Source: Mobula hypostoma (lineage: Eukaryota). Taken from it: DNA of 64,000 bases. The notes under the pieces are model-generated. The model was given only the letters and a program-made list of their open reading frames with translations, had not been told where the DNA came from and searched no databases. Position numbers and translations under genes: made by a program. The DNA lies in contig NC_086097.1 of assembly GCF_963921235.1 (NCBI RefSeq), forward strand, positions 116,810,001 to 116,874,000, given 5' to 3'. Below are positions 24,120 through 36,770 of this stretch, one piece after another; the stretch's first letter is position 1, and each line of letters opens with the position of its first letter.

Positions 24120-24790
24120 TCATCAGAAGTTGCCAAAGAACATGTAGCACAGTGAAAATTTCAGCTATATATGACTTGTGGTGTGCTGCAGGGTCTGTGT
24201 TGGATGCCTGGTTATTCATTATGTTATGTACACGATTTGAATGCAGGATGCATCAGGTTTGATCAGTGCATTTGTGGATGGCACAAAATTAAAGCTGCTC
24301 TTGACAGTGAATAAAGTTATCATAGATTACAGGGGTGGGGGGTGGGGAGGTTGATCAGTTAGGATACCGGGCTGAGGAGTGTAGCAAATGGCAAGTGTGA
24401 GGTGAAGCATTTTGGCAAGTCAAAGCAGTGTACTGTGAATGGTAGGGCACTTGGGAGTGTAATAGAACGGAGGACCAAGGACTTCAAGTGTATAGTTTGT
24501 TGAAAGCGCTGACACAGGTAAACAGAGGGGTGTAAAAGTTATTCCGCAGTTGACGGGTGGGGTTGCATCTGAAGTATTGTGTACAGTTTTTGTCACTCTC
24601 TCATAGGAAGTACACCATGTGCTTAGGCTAGAAAGACAGCAGACGGATTTACAAGGCTATTGCCAGGATTAGATGGCCTGAGCTGTAGGGAGACGTTGGC
24701 CAGGATAAGTCTTTATTGCTTAGAGCACTGGAAAATGAACGGTAACCTTAAAGAAGTATTTAAAATTATGAGAGGCAAAAGTAAAGTGTC
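24120..24790 (+). mobile_element. Decayed CR1 RT fragment
   Basis: Colinear with 53480-54160; ORF 24660-24884 MPGLDGLSCRE...LYCLE...EVFKIMRG. Confidence 0.75.
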
Positions 24791-25839
24791 AATTCCCAGC
24801 AGCATACTATCAGCAAATTTGAATATATATTATACTCGATCCTTTTTAAATCATGGTACAGATTGTGAACAACCAGACCTCTAGTATTTCACTCCTTTCA
24901 TTATCGCCTTCCAAAGCAAAAATAACCTTTTATTTCTAATCCCCAATTTTGTCTAATAATCTCTTGTCTAGCATCTTATCAAGATACCTTGAAAGTCCAA
25001 GTACATCCTATTAACTGTTGACCCTAATCCATATGGAGAATTACAACCTCAAAAAATTTGGATCGGCCCTGATGCAAGGTTTCAACCCAGAACATCATCT
25101 GTTCCTTTCTAAAGATGTGGAAGTCTGCAGATGCTGGAAACCAAAGCAACACACACAAAATGTTGAAGGAACTCAGCAGGTCAGGCAGCGTCTAAGGAAG
25201 TGAATAGATAGTTGACGTTTCAGGTGGAGACCTGTCTTCAGCACTGAAAAGGAAGGGGGAGGACGCTGGAATAAAACGAAGCTGCTCGACTTGCTGGATT
25301 CCTGCAACAGGCTATCGGTTGCTGTAAAATATTGGTTCAATTTTAATGGAATTTCTTTATTTCTATGTAATTTCTGTCTCAGTTGGTGATGGCCCCCACA
25401 TTAACTTTAGCTAATTTCCTATTTGCATTTATATGGATAATTTTACAGTCAGCTTCCCTGTTTCTTACCAAACTATTACTGGATTCATTTCTCCTTTTCC
25501 ATAGCAGTGCCTTGTCACTCCCTTGTTGAATTCTGAGCTTTTTTTTCCAGCCTCAAGATTTACTGTGTTTTGTGATAGACCTTTCCTTGTGATCAAACAC
25601 TATCATTAATTTCTTTGTTAGCTACAGCTGGGACATTTCCCTATTGGCAACTTTGCATGAAAGTGATGTATAGTGCTTGTAAATCATGTGTTAATTACTT
25701 TAAGTGTTAGTCATTACTGGTTTGCTATCACTCTTTTAAATATGTTCTCACGTCTAGCAGAACCAGTTCATGACTTCATGGTTTTCTTTACTTAGATTTA
25801 AGACTTGATTTCAGATTGAGCTAAATCATTGCAATATAT

Positions 25840-26430
25840 CAGGAGGTCCAGAATACAGGAGCAAGAATATGATGCTAGGCTTTAAAAGGCACTGGTGAGG
25901 CATCACCTTGAGTATTGTGAACTTATCTTAGAAAAGTTGTGCTGGCATTGGAGAGGGTCCAGAGGCGATTCACAAGGATGATTCCAGAAATGAAAAGTTT
26001 GATGGCTCTGGGTCTGTACTCGCTGGAATTCAGAAGGATGACGGAAGATCTCATTGAAACCTTTCGAATGTTGAAAGGCCTAGACAGAGTAGATGTGCTA
26101 AGGATGTTTCCCCTGGTAGGAGAATCTAGCACAAGAGGGCACAGCCTCAGGATAGAGGGGCGCCCTTTCAAAACAGAGATGCAGAGAAATTTCTCTAGCC
26201 AAAGGGTGGAGAATTTGTGGAATTTGTTGCCACATGCAGCTGTGGAGGCCAGGTCACTGGGTGTATTTAAGGCAGAGATTGGTAGGTACTTGATTGGACA
26301 TGGCATCAAAGATTACAGGGAGAAAGCCGGGAACTGGGGTTGAGGAGGAGATAGAAAAAAGGATCAGCCATGATTGAATGGCGGAGCAAACTCAATGGCC
26401 TAATTTTGCTCCTGTGTCTTATGGTCTTAA
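25840..26430 (+). mobile_element. CR1 LINE 3' end
   Basis: ORF 25939-26343 LERVQRRFTRMIP...LGLYSLE.RR...NLWN.LP. Confidence 0.93.
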
Positions 26431-26524
26431 TATATCAAAGCATATCTCGATACAGGAGAAGGGAGCTTACAGCTGTGCTTGTAACAGCAGACTGTAGTGA
26501 ATTCTAGCCTCATTCATTCGTGGC

Positions 26525-26825
26525 ATGGGTGCCAGAGTAACATTGCAGTTGGCGCAATGCAATTGCTGCTCGGGATGTCGGATTTCGCAGCTCATCCTGG
26601 CATTCTCAATAGGGAGTCTCCGTACATCCTCGCCGTGGAATGTATGGGTTTCCTCTGAGTACTCTGTTACCTCCTATAGTCCAAAAAACGTAGTGGGTAG
26701 GTTAATTGGTCATTGTAAATTGCACAATGATTAAGTTAGGGTTAAATCGGGGGGTTTCAGGGTTGCGGGGCAGCGCAGATCAAAGGGGTGGAAGTTCTGT
26801 CCGTACTGTATCTCTAAATAAATAA
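26525..26825 (+). mobile_element. tRNA-derived V-domain SINE
   Basis: GGGTTTCCTC...TCCAAA...GGTTAATTGGTCATTGTAAATTG core and CTGTATCTCTAAATAA 3' end shared with 30174-30435. Confidence 0.7.
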
Positions 26826-27239
26826 GTGCAGAAGAGGGACTGCTTTCAACCATGGAGCTGACTGAAAAAGTCGATGGCTGCAGTGCATTCAAGCTCTTTG
26901 ATGATAACGTGTGCTCATAGGAAATCCTTCTATTCACAAACCACCTCGTTCTCACCCCTTTTTGTCTTTGCTAGCCTCTAGCTGAATTAACCATGTGCCA
27001 CTTAGCTAACCCTTTCTGTACCATAACAACACCCTTATGCTTCTTTACTAATTTAAATCGGACAAGGAATAACGACTGGCCACCCTACAGCAATAGTATC
27101 CAGCATCAGAGAAGGAAGAAAGGATTATCCTATCACTTCATCTGACACTTATATACACTAGTTCATATCCTCATGCTTAACTATACCTTCATTTTTATAC
27201 AGTGTCCACCTAGGTGATAGAGAAGAAGACTTTTGGATA

Positions 27240-28095
27240 AAGGAGCCATTCTGGCTCCCCTCTTACCTTTCTCTTCTCCTCACCTGCCCATCATCTCCCT
27301 CTAGTGTCTGTCCTCCTCCTTCTCCTATGGTCCACTCTCCTCTCTTATCAGATTTCTTCTTCTTCAGCCCTTTACATCTTCCACCTATCATGTCCCAGCT
27401 TCTCACTTCATTCCATCCCACCCACCTACCTCCCCGCTCAACTGGTCTCATCTATCATCTGCCAGCTTATATTCTTGGACCTTCCCCAATTTATTATTCT
27501 GGCTTATTCCTCTTTCCTTTCCAGACCTGATAGTCATAGTCATAGTCATACTTTATTGAACCCGGGGGAAATTGGTTTTCATTACAGTTGCACTATAAAT
27601 AATTAAATAGTGATAAAACCATAAATAGTTAAATAGTAATATGTAAATTATGCCAGGAGATAAGTCCAGGACCAGCCTATTGGCTCAGGGTGTCTGACCC
27701 TCCAAGGGAGGAGTTGTAAAGTTTGATGGCCACAGGCAGGAATGACTTCCTATGACGCTCTGTGCTGCATCTCGGAGGAATGAGTCTCTGGCTGAATGTA
27801 CTCCTGTGCCCACCCAGTACATTATGTAGTGGATGGGAGACATCGTCTAAGATGGCATGCAACTTGGACAGCATCCTCTTTTCAGACACCACCGTGAGAG
27901 AGTCCAGTTCCATCCCCACAACATCACTGGCCTTACGAATGAGTTTGTTGATTCTATTGGTGTCTGCCACCCTCAGCCTGCTGCCCCAGCACACAACAGC
28001 AAACATGATAGAAGGTTTCTGCCCAAAACGTCAATCGTTTGTTCCTCTCCATCGATGCTGCCTGACCTGCCGATACCATAGATTTCCAGCAGCTG
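27240..28095 (+). mobile_element. Penelope-like pLTR fragment split by a Rex1 insertion (27240-27530 and 28011-28095)
   Basis: Pyrimidine-rich UTR ends CCAGACCTGA and resumes GAAGG...CCCAAAACGTCA...GATGCTGCCTG. Confidence 0.75.
27531..28010 (-). mobile_element. Rex1/Babar LINE 3' end
   Basis: ORF 27677-28006 (FAVVCWG...SHPLH...RKSFLPVAIKLYNS); (TAGTCA)n tail at 27531-27550. Confidence 0.9.
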
Positions 28096-29109
28096 CAGAG
28101 TCTGTTGTGTTTTGGTTAAATGTAGTGACAAGCCACTGCTGCTGGTTAAATTGATTTCAAAAATTCCCATTGCATGATTTGAAAAAGAGCAAATTCCTTA
28201 CAGACAGCAGTGGGAAAATACCTTCCTCGTGAATTGTCCAGCAATATACCTTTCGATAAACAGTGCCAGACATGCTGGAAATAGCAGATAATAATAATAA
28301 AAAATAAATAAGCAATAAATATTGAGAACATGAGATGAAGTGTCTTGAAAATGAGTCCATACGTTGTGTGAACAGTACAGTGATTCCCCCCTTCACCCGT
28401 ACAGTTGGCCAAGTTAATCATAATATAAGTGGGTCCTCTGCACCCTCCCCCCACTCCAAATCCCTTTTGGTCATAGGCCCGTGAAAACCTTACCTGGTTT
28501 TTTCAGCCCAGCTTTGGGAGCGGCATATCAAGTAGACTTGGTCACAACTGAATAGGAAGGTGGCATCAATATCATGTCGGCATTCAAAATGCATTGCAAT
28601 TTTCAGGACATGAGAGAATCTCCCATTCTGTTATTTTTTTCATTTACCCTCATTATTGTTCTTTAACTACCTTTATTTGCGTAGGCAAAAATTAGCTGAT
28701 AATGCATTATTACTTTGATATTGTAGACTTCTTGTGTTCTTTTTGAAACTTACTTTCCCATTTCATATCATTACCCAACCTGGATGCAATGCTTTCATGC
28801 TTCTCATTAATGTTGATTATCAGTAGCTGAAGATCCAACACTAATTACCATGGCACTCTGTTAATTGTAGCTTACTAACCTGGGAATGATCCATTTATTT
28901 TAACCAACTTTTGTGTCAGTTAGCTGACGCTCTGTGTTAATACATTACTGTCAGTGAAATAAGCCCTTTATCTTGTGCAGTAACATTTTGTTGAATGATT
29001 TTTGAAAATCTAAAAATACTTCATTAGCATACTTGCTAGTTACATATATTTCTTTCTTTGTTTGTTTGTTTATTTATTTATTTATTTACTGTATGTAGGC
29101 ATATATGGG

Positions 29110-29650
29110 GCAACTCAGCAGGTCATGAAGCATCTATGGAGAGGAATAAAGAGCTAATGTTTCGTGCTAAGACCTTTTATTGGGACTGGAAAGGAAGGGG
29201 GAAGAATCCAGAATAAGAGGGTGGGGCGGAGGGGGAGTGGAAGGGGTGCAAGCTGGAAGGTGATAGATGGAGCCTGGTGATGGAAAAGGTAGCTGGGTGG
29301 GGGAGAGGCGATGAAGTGAAAAGCTGAGATGTGATAGTGGAAAAGGTGAATGGCTGAAGAAGGAGGAATGTGAGAAGAGCAAAGAGTGGACCAAGGGAGA
29401 AAGGAGAGGATAAGGGGCACCAGAAGGTGATGATAGGCGGTTAAGAAGAAGAGAAGGGGTAAGAGAACATAGAACATAGAATAGTACAGCACATTATAGG
29501 CTCTTCAGCCCACAATGTTGTGCCGACTGACAAGAGGAGAGCCAGAATAGGAGAGAAGGGGGGAAATTTGCCGAAGTTAGAGAAATCGATATTCATGCCA
29601 TCAGGTTGGAGGCTACCAATATGACAGGTTGCTCCTCCAAACTGAGCATA
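29110..29650 (-). mobile_element. Penelope-like 3' fragment containing a short CR1 tail (about 29465-29530)
   Basis: Homologous to 2870-3320. Confidence 0.8.
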
Positions 29651-29669
29651 AGCTCATTGTGGCTGTAAG

Positions 29670-30015
29670 GCATAGGATCAGAATTAGGCCATTCAGCCCA
29701 TCAAGTCTCCTCTGCCATTCCAGTATGGCTGGTTTATTACCCCTCTCACTCCCTTTCTCCTGCCTTCTCCCTACAACCTTTGAAGTCGTTCTAATCAATA
29801 ATCTATCAACCTCTGCTTTAAATATACCTAATGACTTGGTTTCCACAGCCATTTGCGGCAATAAATTCCACAGATTCGGACTCCCTGCTTCCTCAACACC
29901 ACCTGCCCCTCCACCTATTTCTGTATCATCTGCAAACTTAGCCACAAAGCCGTCAATTCCATCTTCCAAATCATTGACATATAACATAAAAAGAAGCCAT
30001 CCCAGCACTGACCTT
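29670..30015 (-). mobile_element. CR1 fragments (RT and 3' end)
   Basis: ORF 29613-30152 contains YVNDL..GIDGFVAKFADD fused to NLWNLLP. Confidence 0.85.
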
Positions 30016-30173
30016 TGCCTCTTATCTTGTCCAGCAGCCTCAAGTGTGGCAAGCAACAGGTTTGAACTGGATTGGATGAAATCGTTCTCAAAATAAACTA
30101 TTATCAAAGAATTAGACTTTCTAAAGTGCTGTAAAAAGTTGTCTGGCAACAACTTGAGTCATGAGTGGCTTGG

Positions 30174-30435
30174 GGCGGGATGGTGGTGTCGTGTTTAGCT
30201 TAATGTTGTTACAGGACCAAAGACATTTTTTGCCACTGTCTGGAAGGAGTTTGTATGTTCTCCTGTGACCATGTAGGTTTCCTTTGGGTGCTCTGGTTTC
30301 CTCCCATGTTCCAAACACATACCAGTTAGTTGGTAATTCATCAAAAGCGGGTATTTGGGTGCTGTGGGACAATGGGTCAAAAGGGTCAGTAATTGCGCTG
30401 TATCTCTAAATAAAACGTAACTAAATAAATAAATA
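30174..30435 (+). mobile_element. tRNA-derived V-domain SINE
   Basis: GGAGTTTGTATGTTCTCC...GGGTGCTCTGGTTTCCTCCCA core; (TAAA)n tail. Confidence 0.8.
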
Positions 30436-30974
30436 AAACAAAACTTTGTCAAAGGCCTTTTTAAAATCCAAGTAAACAATATCTACTGGCTGTCCTTTGT
30501 CTATCCTACCTGTTATTCCCTCAAAGAATTCCAACTGATTTGTCAGGTAAGATTTCCCCGAAAGGAAAATGGTTAATCAGGGCATCAAAGGTTATGAGGA
30601 GAAGACAAGAGAATGGGGTTGAGAGGGATAATAAATCAGCCATGATGCAATGGTGGAGCAGACTTGATGGGCTGAATGACCGAATTCTGCTCCTATGTGT
30701 TATGGCCTTATGTCTTTGGCCTATTATTATGTGCCTCCAAGTACACTGAAACTTCATCCTCAGTAATGAACAGCAGCATCTTACCAGCCACTGAAGTCAG
30801 CCTACAATTTCCTCTCTTCTACCTCCCTCTCTTCTTAAAGAGTGGTGTGACATTTGCAAGTTTTCCCATCCTCCGGCATCATTTCAGAATTTGATGATTC
30901 ATGTAATAATAATGCCTCCGCAATCTCTTCAGCTACCACCTTCAGAGCCCTGATGTGTAGTCCATCTGCTCTTG

Positions 30975-31350
30975 TAGAAGAGGCCATTGACCAACATGTC
31001 AAAATGGGAATGGGGAGTGGAATTAAAATGGTTGGTCACCGGGAGGTCCTGCCTGTTGCAGAAGGAGTGAAGGTGTTTGAAAAAGTAGTTATCCAATCCA
31101 TGGTGGGTCACATTTAAGGCCGCATTGGGGAACACCAGATACAAAGATGACCCCGACTGGCTTACAGGGGAAGTGTTGCCTTAACTGTTTGGGGCCCTAA
31201 ATAATGGTGAGGGATGAGGTGAATGGGCAAGTGTAGCATTTGGGGGATGTCCCGATGGTCAACCAATTTAATTCCTCTGTCCATTCTCATTCCAACATGT
31301 TGGTCAGTGGTCTCCTCTACTGGCACGATTAGGTTGGAGAAGCAGCACGT
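30975..31350. mobile_element. Penelope-like GIY-YIG fragments, minus (30975-31240) next to plus (31245-31350)
   Basis: ORF 30929-31144 HLHS...DLPVTNHFNSTPHSH.DM matches 42470-42570. Confidence 0.75.
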
Positions 31351-31364
31351 GGCTCAAAAAGCAA

Positions 31365-31590
31365 AAACCATCCAGTGAGCAGCGGTTCTGTGGATGGAAG
31401 CGGCTTGTTAATGAGCGAGTCCAGAGGAGAATAGCCAGACTAGATCAAACTGACAAGAAGGTGACAGTACCCAAATAGCCATGCATTACAACAGTATCGC
31501 TGAACACACAACAAGTCAAACCTTGAAGAGAATCAGCTACAGCAGTAGAAGACCAGAACATACACTCAGTTGCCACTTTATCAGGTACAG
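31365..31590. mobile_element. Tc1/mariner-derived remnant
   Basis: TA-CACTCAGTTGCCACTTTATCAGGTACA terminal-like motif and a decayed transposase-like N-terminal stretch; recognised by resemblance only. Confidence 0.4.
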
Positions 31591-31805
31591 AATGTAGTAA
31601 TGATAAGTCAGGAAGAATAATTTTGCAAATACAGTTTAATCATCTTCTCCAGAACATATTGGAGCAATTCTACACTGCCATTATAGAGAGCATCCTCACA
31701 TCAGCAATTAAGGTCTGGTTTGGTGCAGTAGCCCCTCACAAAAACTACAGCAAACTGTCAGGACAGCAGGAAAGATCATTGGCTGCAGTCTATCATCAAT
31801 ACACG

Positions 31806-31964
31806 TGTAACACCTGTGCAGCGCTGGTCACCGTACTCATCATGACAAAATCAAATTACACAGTACTACGCCAGGTACTAGTGGGCCATCAGGTCTCGGT
31901 ATCAGAAGGAGGCGGTGAAAAAAAAACACACACTTCTAGAGATAGGTTTTGATCATAAAAAAAG

Positions 31965-32000
<36 letters not shown>

Positions 32001-33481
32001 TACGTGAGTAAGAATAATTCAAATTTTCAACATTCTGTCTTGGGTTCCAGGTCTCAGATATCAATCAAAAACCAAATTCTTTTTTAGTTAGAATCAGTAG
32101 TTAGATTCATTAGAAAAACCTTCATTACTCTAATTTCTCTAACTAATTAGATCTAGTGTTATTCTCTATTTAAAGGTTTACAGACAAACCTCTCCTTTTT
32201 ATTTATTCCCAGTTAGTTAGAAAACTAATTGAATCCCTATGCTTAAATATCATGAAGTCAGAGACTTTTTCCCAGGGCCAAAATGTCTGGCTCAAGAGGG
32301 CACAGTTTTAAGATGCTTGGAAGTAGGTACAGAGGAGATGTGAGAAGTAAGTTTTTTACGCAGGGAGTGCTGAGTGTGTGGAATAGGTTGCCGGCGACGG
32401 TGGTGGAGGCGGATATGATAGGGTCTTTTAAGAGATTCCTGGACAGGTATATGGAGCTCAGAAAAATAGAGGGTTATGGGTAACCCTGGGCAATTTCTCA
32501 GTTAAGGACATGTTTGGCATAACTTTGTGGGCCGAAGGGTCTGTATTGTGCTGTAGGTTTTCTATGTTTCTAACTTCAGTTTCAGCTCTAGTCTGTATGT
32601 CTACAAATTCAAATTCAAATTCCAAACAAATTCTCCAACATCACAACTTTTAAACAAGATAAATCTCGTTCAGTAACTTACCAAAGTCTTTGCAAAAATA
32701 TTCAGTTCTTGCAGAGAATCAAATTCAGATCCTTCAAATGAAAATAAACTTATCCATCCAACCATATTAAATCCACTATGTCATGAAACATTTTGTTCCT
32801 GCGCTGATTCTTCGATCTTGGGTGGCTCGCCATCTTGTTTCTCGGTTCATTAGATGAAATGCTGGGTCATCCATGAAAAGTCGGTTCACAAACTTATACA
32901 AAAAAACTTGACCTGTATGCAACAGGATTATAATCTGTAAATTCTTATACGCATTAAATTTTCTATTTCAAAATAACTCAATATCACATTGTCGTTTCCA
33001 AACACTTCTCCATGACAACACTACAGAATATATTTCACACACAAATTATACACTTGGAACAGTAAAAGTTTTAACTCACCAAACCCATTGGTATGATTTA
33101 ACAGAACTAATTCCCAGTTACATGGTAGATATCTTGTACACTCATCTCTGCCAATATTGTCTCGTTATAGCTGCTGCTTGTTATAGCCATACCTTCAATA
33201 GATCTTTTATCTATATTGCCTCTTCTCCAGGGGTTTCACCCTGAGGTTTTCAAGTAAGTAGGGTAGAGATACTCACTACTAATTCCACTTCTAACAGTTT
33301 TATATCTTTAGTTTCCAATAGCTTCCTGCATTTCCCACGCCTGCATCAGCCACACCTTGTTTTCACATGGTTTTTTTCTCCCCAAGTTATTTTTTTGAAA
33401 AAAAATTTAAACCTCGTCTTCATCCCTCCACAGGTGGAGCTTTCTAACATTACAATCTCTGGTTTAGTTAACTGAGTTACA
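31806..33481. mobile_element. Unclassified LTR-like insertion in a Rex1 fragment (host about 31640-31805 and 33482-33830); contains a CR1 3' end at about 32255-32572
   Basis: Perfect TGTAAC...GTTACA ends exactly where Rex1 homology breaks and resumes; degenerate 4-bp flanks CACG/CAGA. Confidence 0.55.
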
Positions 33482-33944
33482 CAGATATGTGTCAGGACAA
33501 AGAAGTAGGCAGGGTAAAATCATTGTGGACACTACCTACCCAGAAAACTGCCTTTTCCAAAAGCTCTGTACTGCAGAGCACTGCAGGGCTGTTAAATCAA
33601 AACCTTCACACCATCTTAAACTGTTCCTCCGCAGGCAGTTAACCTGATCAACCACCCCCCTCCACTCCCCCCATCTATTATCTCTGTCAGTGTACTCCTC
33701 TGTAAAGACATTAAACCACTTTTTATAATACTGTTTGCATTGTAAATAAATGCTGCTGCTTACATATTTATTGCATATCGGTATTTCTAACATTACATTT
33801 ATATAATTCTTTATTTTTACAATTATTAATCATTACTATTACTATTATCATTATTGGCATACAGCATGGAAAGGCTTTCACAGCCCTTTGAGTCATGCTG
33901 CCCAGTAATCCCCAATTTAATCCTAGCCTAATCACAGGACAATT

Positions 33945-36770
33945 TTCTCCCCAAGTTCTATGTTCTGCAGTCTTGATCTTCTACACTATCCACAACACCA
34001 CTACTCTTTGCATCATCTGTAAACGTATTAACCTACTCATCAATGCTTTCATCCAGGTCATTTCTATATAAGACAAATGGTATTGGTCCTAATTCTGATC
34101 TCGGTGGATCACCACTAGTCACAGACCTACAGCCAGAATAAGTTCCAATGACGGCTACCCTCTGTCTTGTATGGACAAGACAATTCTGAATCCAAACAGT
34201 CACTTCATTCCAGATCCAATACATCTTAATCTTCTGGATGAACCTCCCATGAGGGCCCTTGTCAAATGCCTTACTAAAATCCATGTAGACAACATTCACA
34301 GCTCTAACTTCATCTGTCACCCTTGGCACCTTCTTGAAAAGCTCAATCAAGTTAATAGGACTGAACTTGCCTGGCACAAAGCTATGCTGATTGTTTGTAA
34401 TTAGGCCATAGTTTTCCAAATGCACATAAGACCTATTCCCATAGTTTCCAGCATTATTCCTCTTTCCTTTCTTGAATAGCAGAACATTATCATTTACTTG
34501 CCAGTTCTCTGGAAACTCACTTGAGGCTAGAGAGGGCATGAAATATTGCTCAAGGCCTAGCAATATCATCTCTTGCCTCTCTCAATAATATGTGGCATAT
34601 CTCCTCAGGCCCTGGGGACTTATCTACCTTACTATTCTTTAAGAGGCTCAACATTAACTTCTTTATCTTGATATGCTCAACCCTGGCCTCCCTATCCTGC
34701 ACATTCTACTTCTTGGTAAATACTGGCACAAAGTACTCATTTTTTACCTCACACATGATCCTTCTTTTATTCTTGAGTCGTCCTACCCATTTCCTAGTTA
34801 TCCTGTTGCTCTTGATGTATGTATAAAAAACCTTGGGATTCTCTTTAATCCTACTTGCAAAGAACTTTTCATGGTCCCTCCTGGCTTTCTTAATTCCCTT
34901 CTTAAGTTCTTTTCTGGCTTCTTTATAATCCTCAAGGGCTTTGTTTGATTTTAGTCTCCTAAAATTTACATGCACTTCCTTTTCCTTCTGGACTAAATTC
35001 ACTACCTCTAACAAAATCCAATTTTCTCTTACTTTGCCATCTTAGTCTTCCCTTCTTACTAAAACACACCTCTCCAGTACTCTGTGGAGTTCATCTTTAA
35101 ACACGCTCTGTATGTCAGATGTGCCCAAAAACAGTTGTTCCCAATTAACTCTCCCCAGTTTCTGCCTACTATTATCATAATGTGTCTACTCCAATTTAAT
35201 ATTCTCTGGCAAACCCATACTTATTTTAATCTACAGCTGTCTTGAAACGTAAGGAATTGTGATCACTATTCCATATGGTTCTCCCACTGTAAGGTCACTC
35301 ACATGTCAGGTTTATTACGCAACAACAAGTCCAATATGGTCCCATCCTCTTGTTGGACTATCTAGATATTGGTTTATGAAATTCTCTGGATACATCTAAC
35401 AGATTCTGCCCTATCCAAACCCATTGTATTAAGGAGGTCTCAGTCTATATCAACTGCTACGACCTTGTTGCTTTTCTACCCCATCTTTCGCTCATCTTTC
35501 TGCATTTCTATTCCTTAATGTAATGGCTACTGGTGAGGGGGGAGGGTCTATAGTATAATCCCACAGGTAGATAACACTTTCCTTATTGTTGAATTCTACC
35601 CATAAATATACAGCGTATGAGGCCTCTGTGAAGTCCCCTCGAAGTGCAGCTATGACATTGCCCCTGATCAACAACCAGCTTTAATCTTGTCATCACAAGA
35701 AAGCATGGCAGCACCTCTACCTCCTTAGAAATTTGCAGAGATTCGGTGTACCATCAAAAACGTCAACAAATTTCAATAGATGCATGATGGGGTATATCTT
35801 AACTAGTTGCATCATGGCCTGGTGTGGAAATACCAATGTTTAGAAATGGAAAAGGCATGGAGGCAGCACAGGCAAAGCCCTCCCCATCATTGAATTACAC
35901 TTCCTTGGAGAACGGCCACAAGAAAGCAGCATCCATCTTCAAAGACCCCACCATCCAGGTCATGCCCTTTTCCCTCTCCTACCATCAGGCCGCAGGTACA
36001 GAAGCCTTAGGTCCCATAGCACCAGGTTCGGGAGCAGTTATTGCCCTACAATGACCAGACTCCTGAACCAGTGTGGATTACTTCATTCACCACCACTCTG
36101 AACAGATTCTAGTACCTATAGATTAATTTCCAAGGACTTTTTACATCTTATATTCTCAATAATATTTTTATTTTCACATTTAGCTTTTGTTTTCACATTG
36201 GTTGTTTGTCAGTCTTTGTTTATATATATTTTTTGTAAAATTCTATTGTATTTCTTTTTTCCTGTCAAAGCCTGCAAGAAAATCAGTCTGAAGTTAATAT
36301 ATGGTATCATATACATATTTTGATGATAAATTTACTTCAAGTTTGAACTCCAAACTTTTCCTTCCTCTTTTATCTCCTCTATCTTTTCTAAAAAATAATG
36401 AAACCGTGGAACAGTAAACATCCATTCCTAACTCTCTCTGAACCAAGTCTCTGTTATAGGCAGAATATCATTGTTCCATGTACTGATCCTTGCTCCAAGT
36501 TCATCGCCCTTACCCATAATACTAGCATTTCAACTTATTCATCCCATTGTGCCCATGCCTTGCTTCTGTCTGTTCCTTCTGGTCATGATATCCACCTTCC
36601 TCCGAAACCCTCCACTTCTTGACTGGTCCTTTGTTCCCATTACCCTGCCAAACTAGCTTAAACCCTTGTGTCTTGTTCAGGCCACTCTTGTCCCAAACCT
36701 TCATTTATTTCTTCTTTTGCTAAGCTATTTCTGGAAATCACAATACCAGAGATTGCTTGAGCAAGCAAAA
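33945..36770 (-). mobile_element. Decayed CR1 ORF2 (EN-RT), interrupted by a + strand Rex1 3' fragment at about 35673-36350
   Basis: ORFs 34033-34569 (VVYMDFSKAFDK, Y.NDL), 34706-35014 (IKENPK.FYTYIK), 35492-35674; Rex1 part shows KKAASIFKDP. Confidence 0.85.

Noticed and set aside
26525..26600. tRNA-like heads of SINEs (also about 30174)
   Set aside because: No cloverleaf and followed by the V-domain core; these are SINEs, not tRNA genes.
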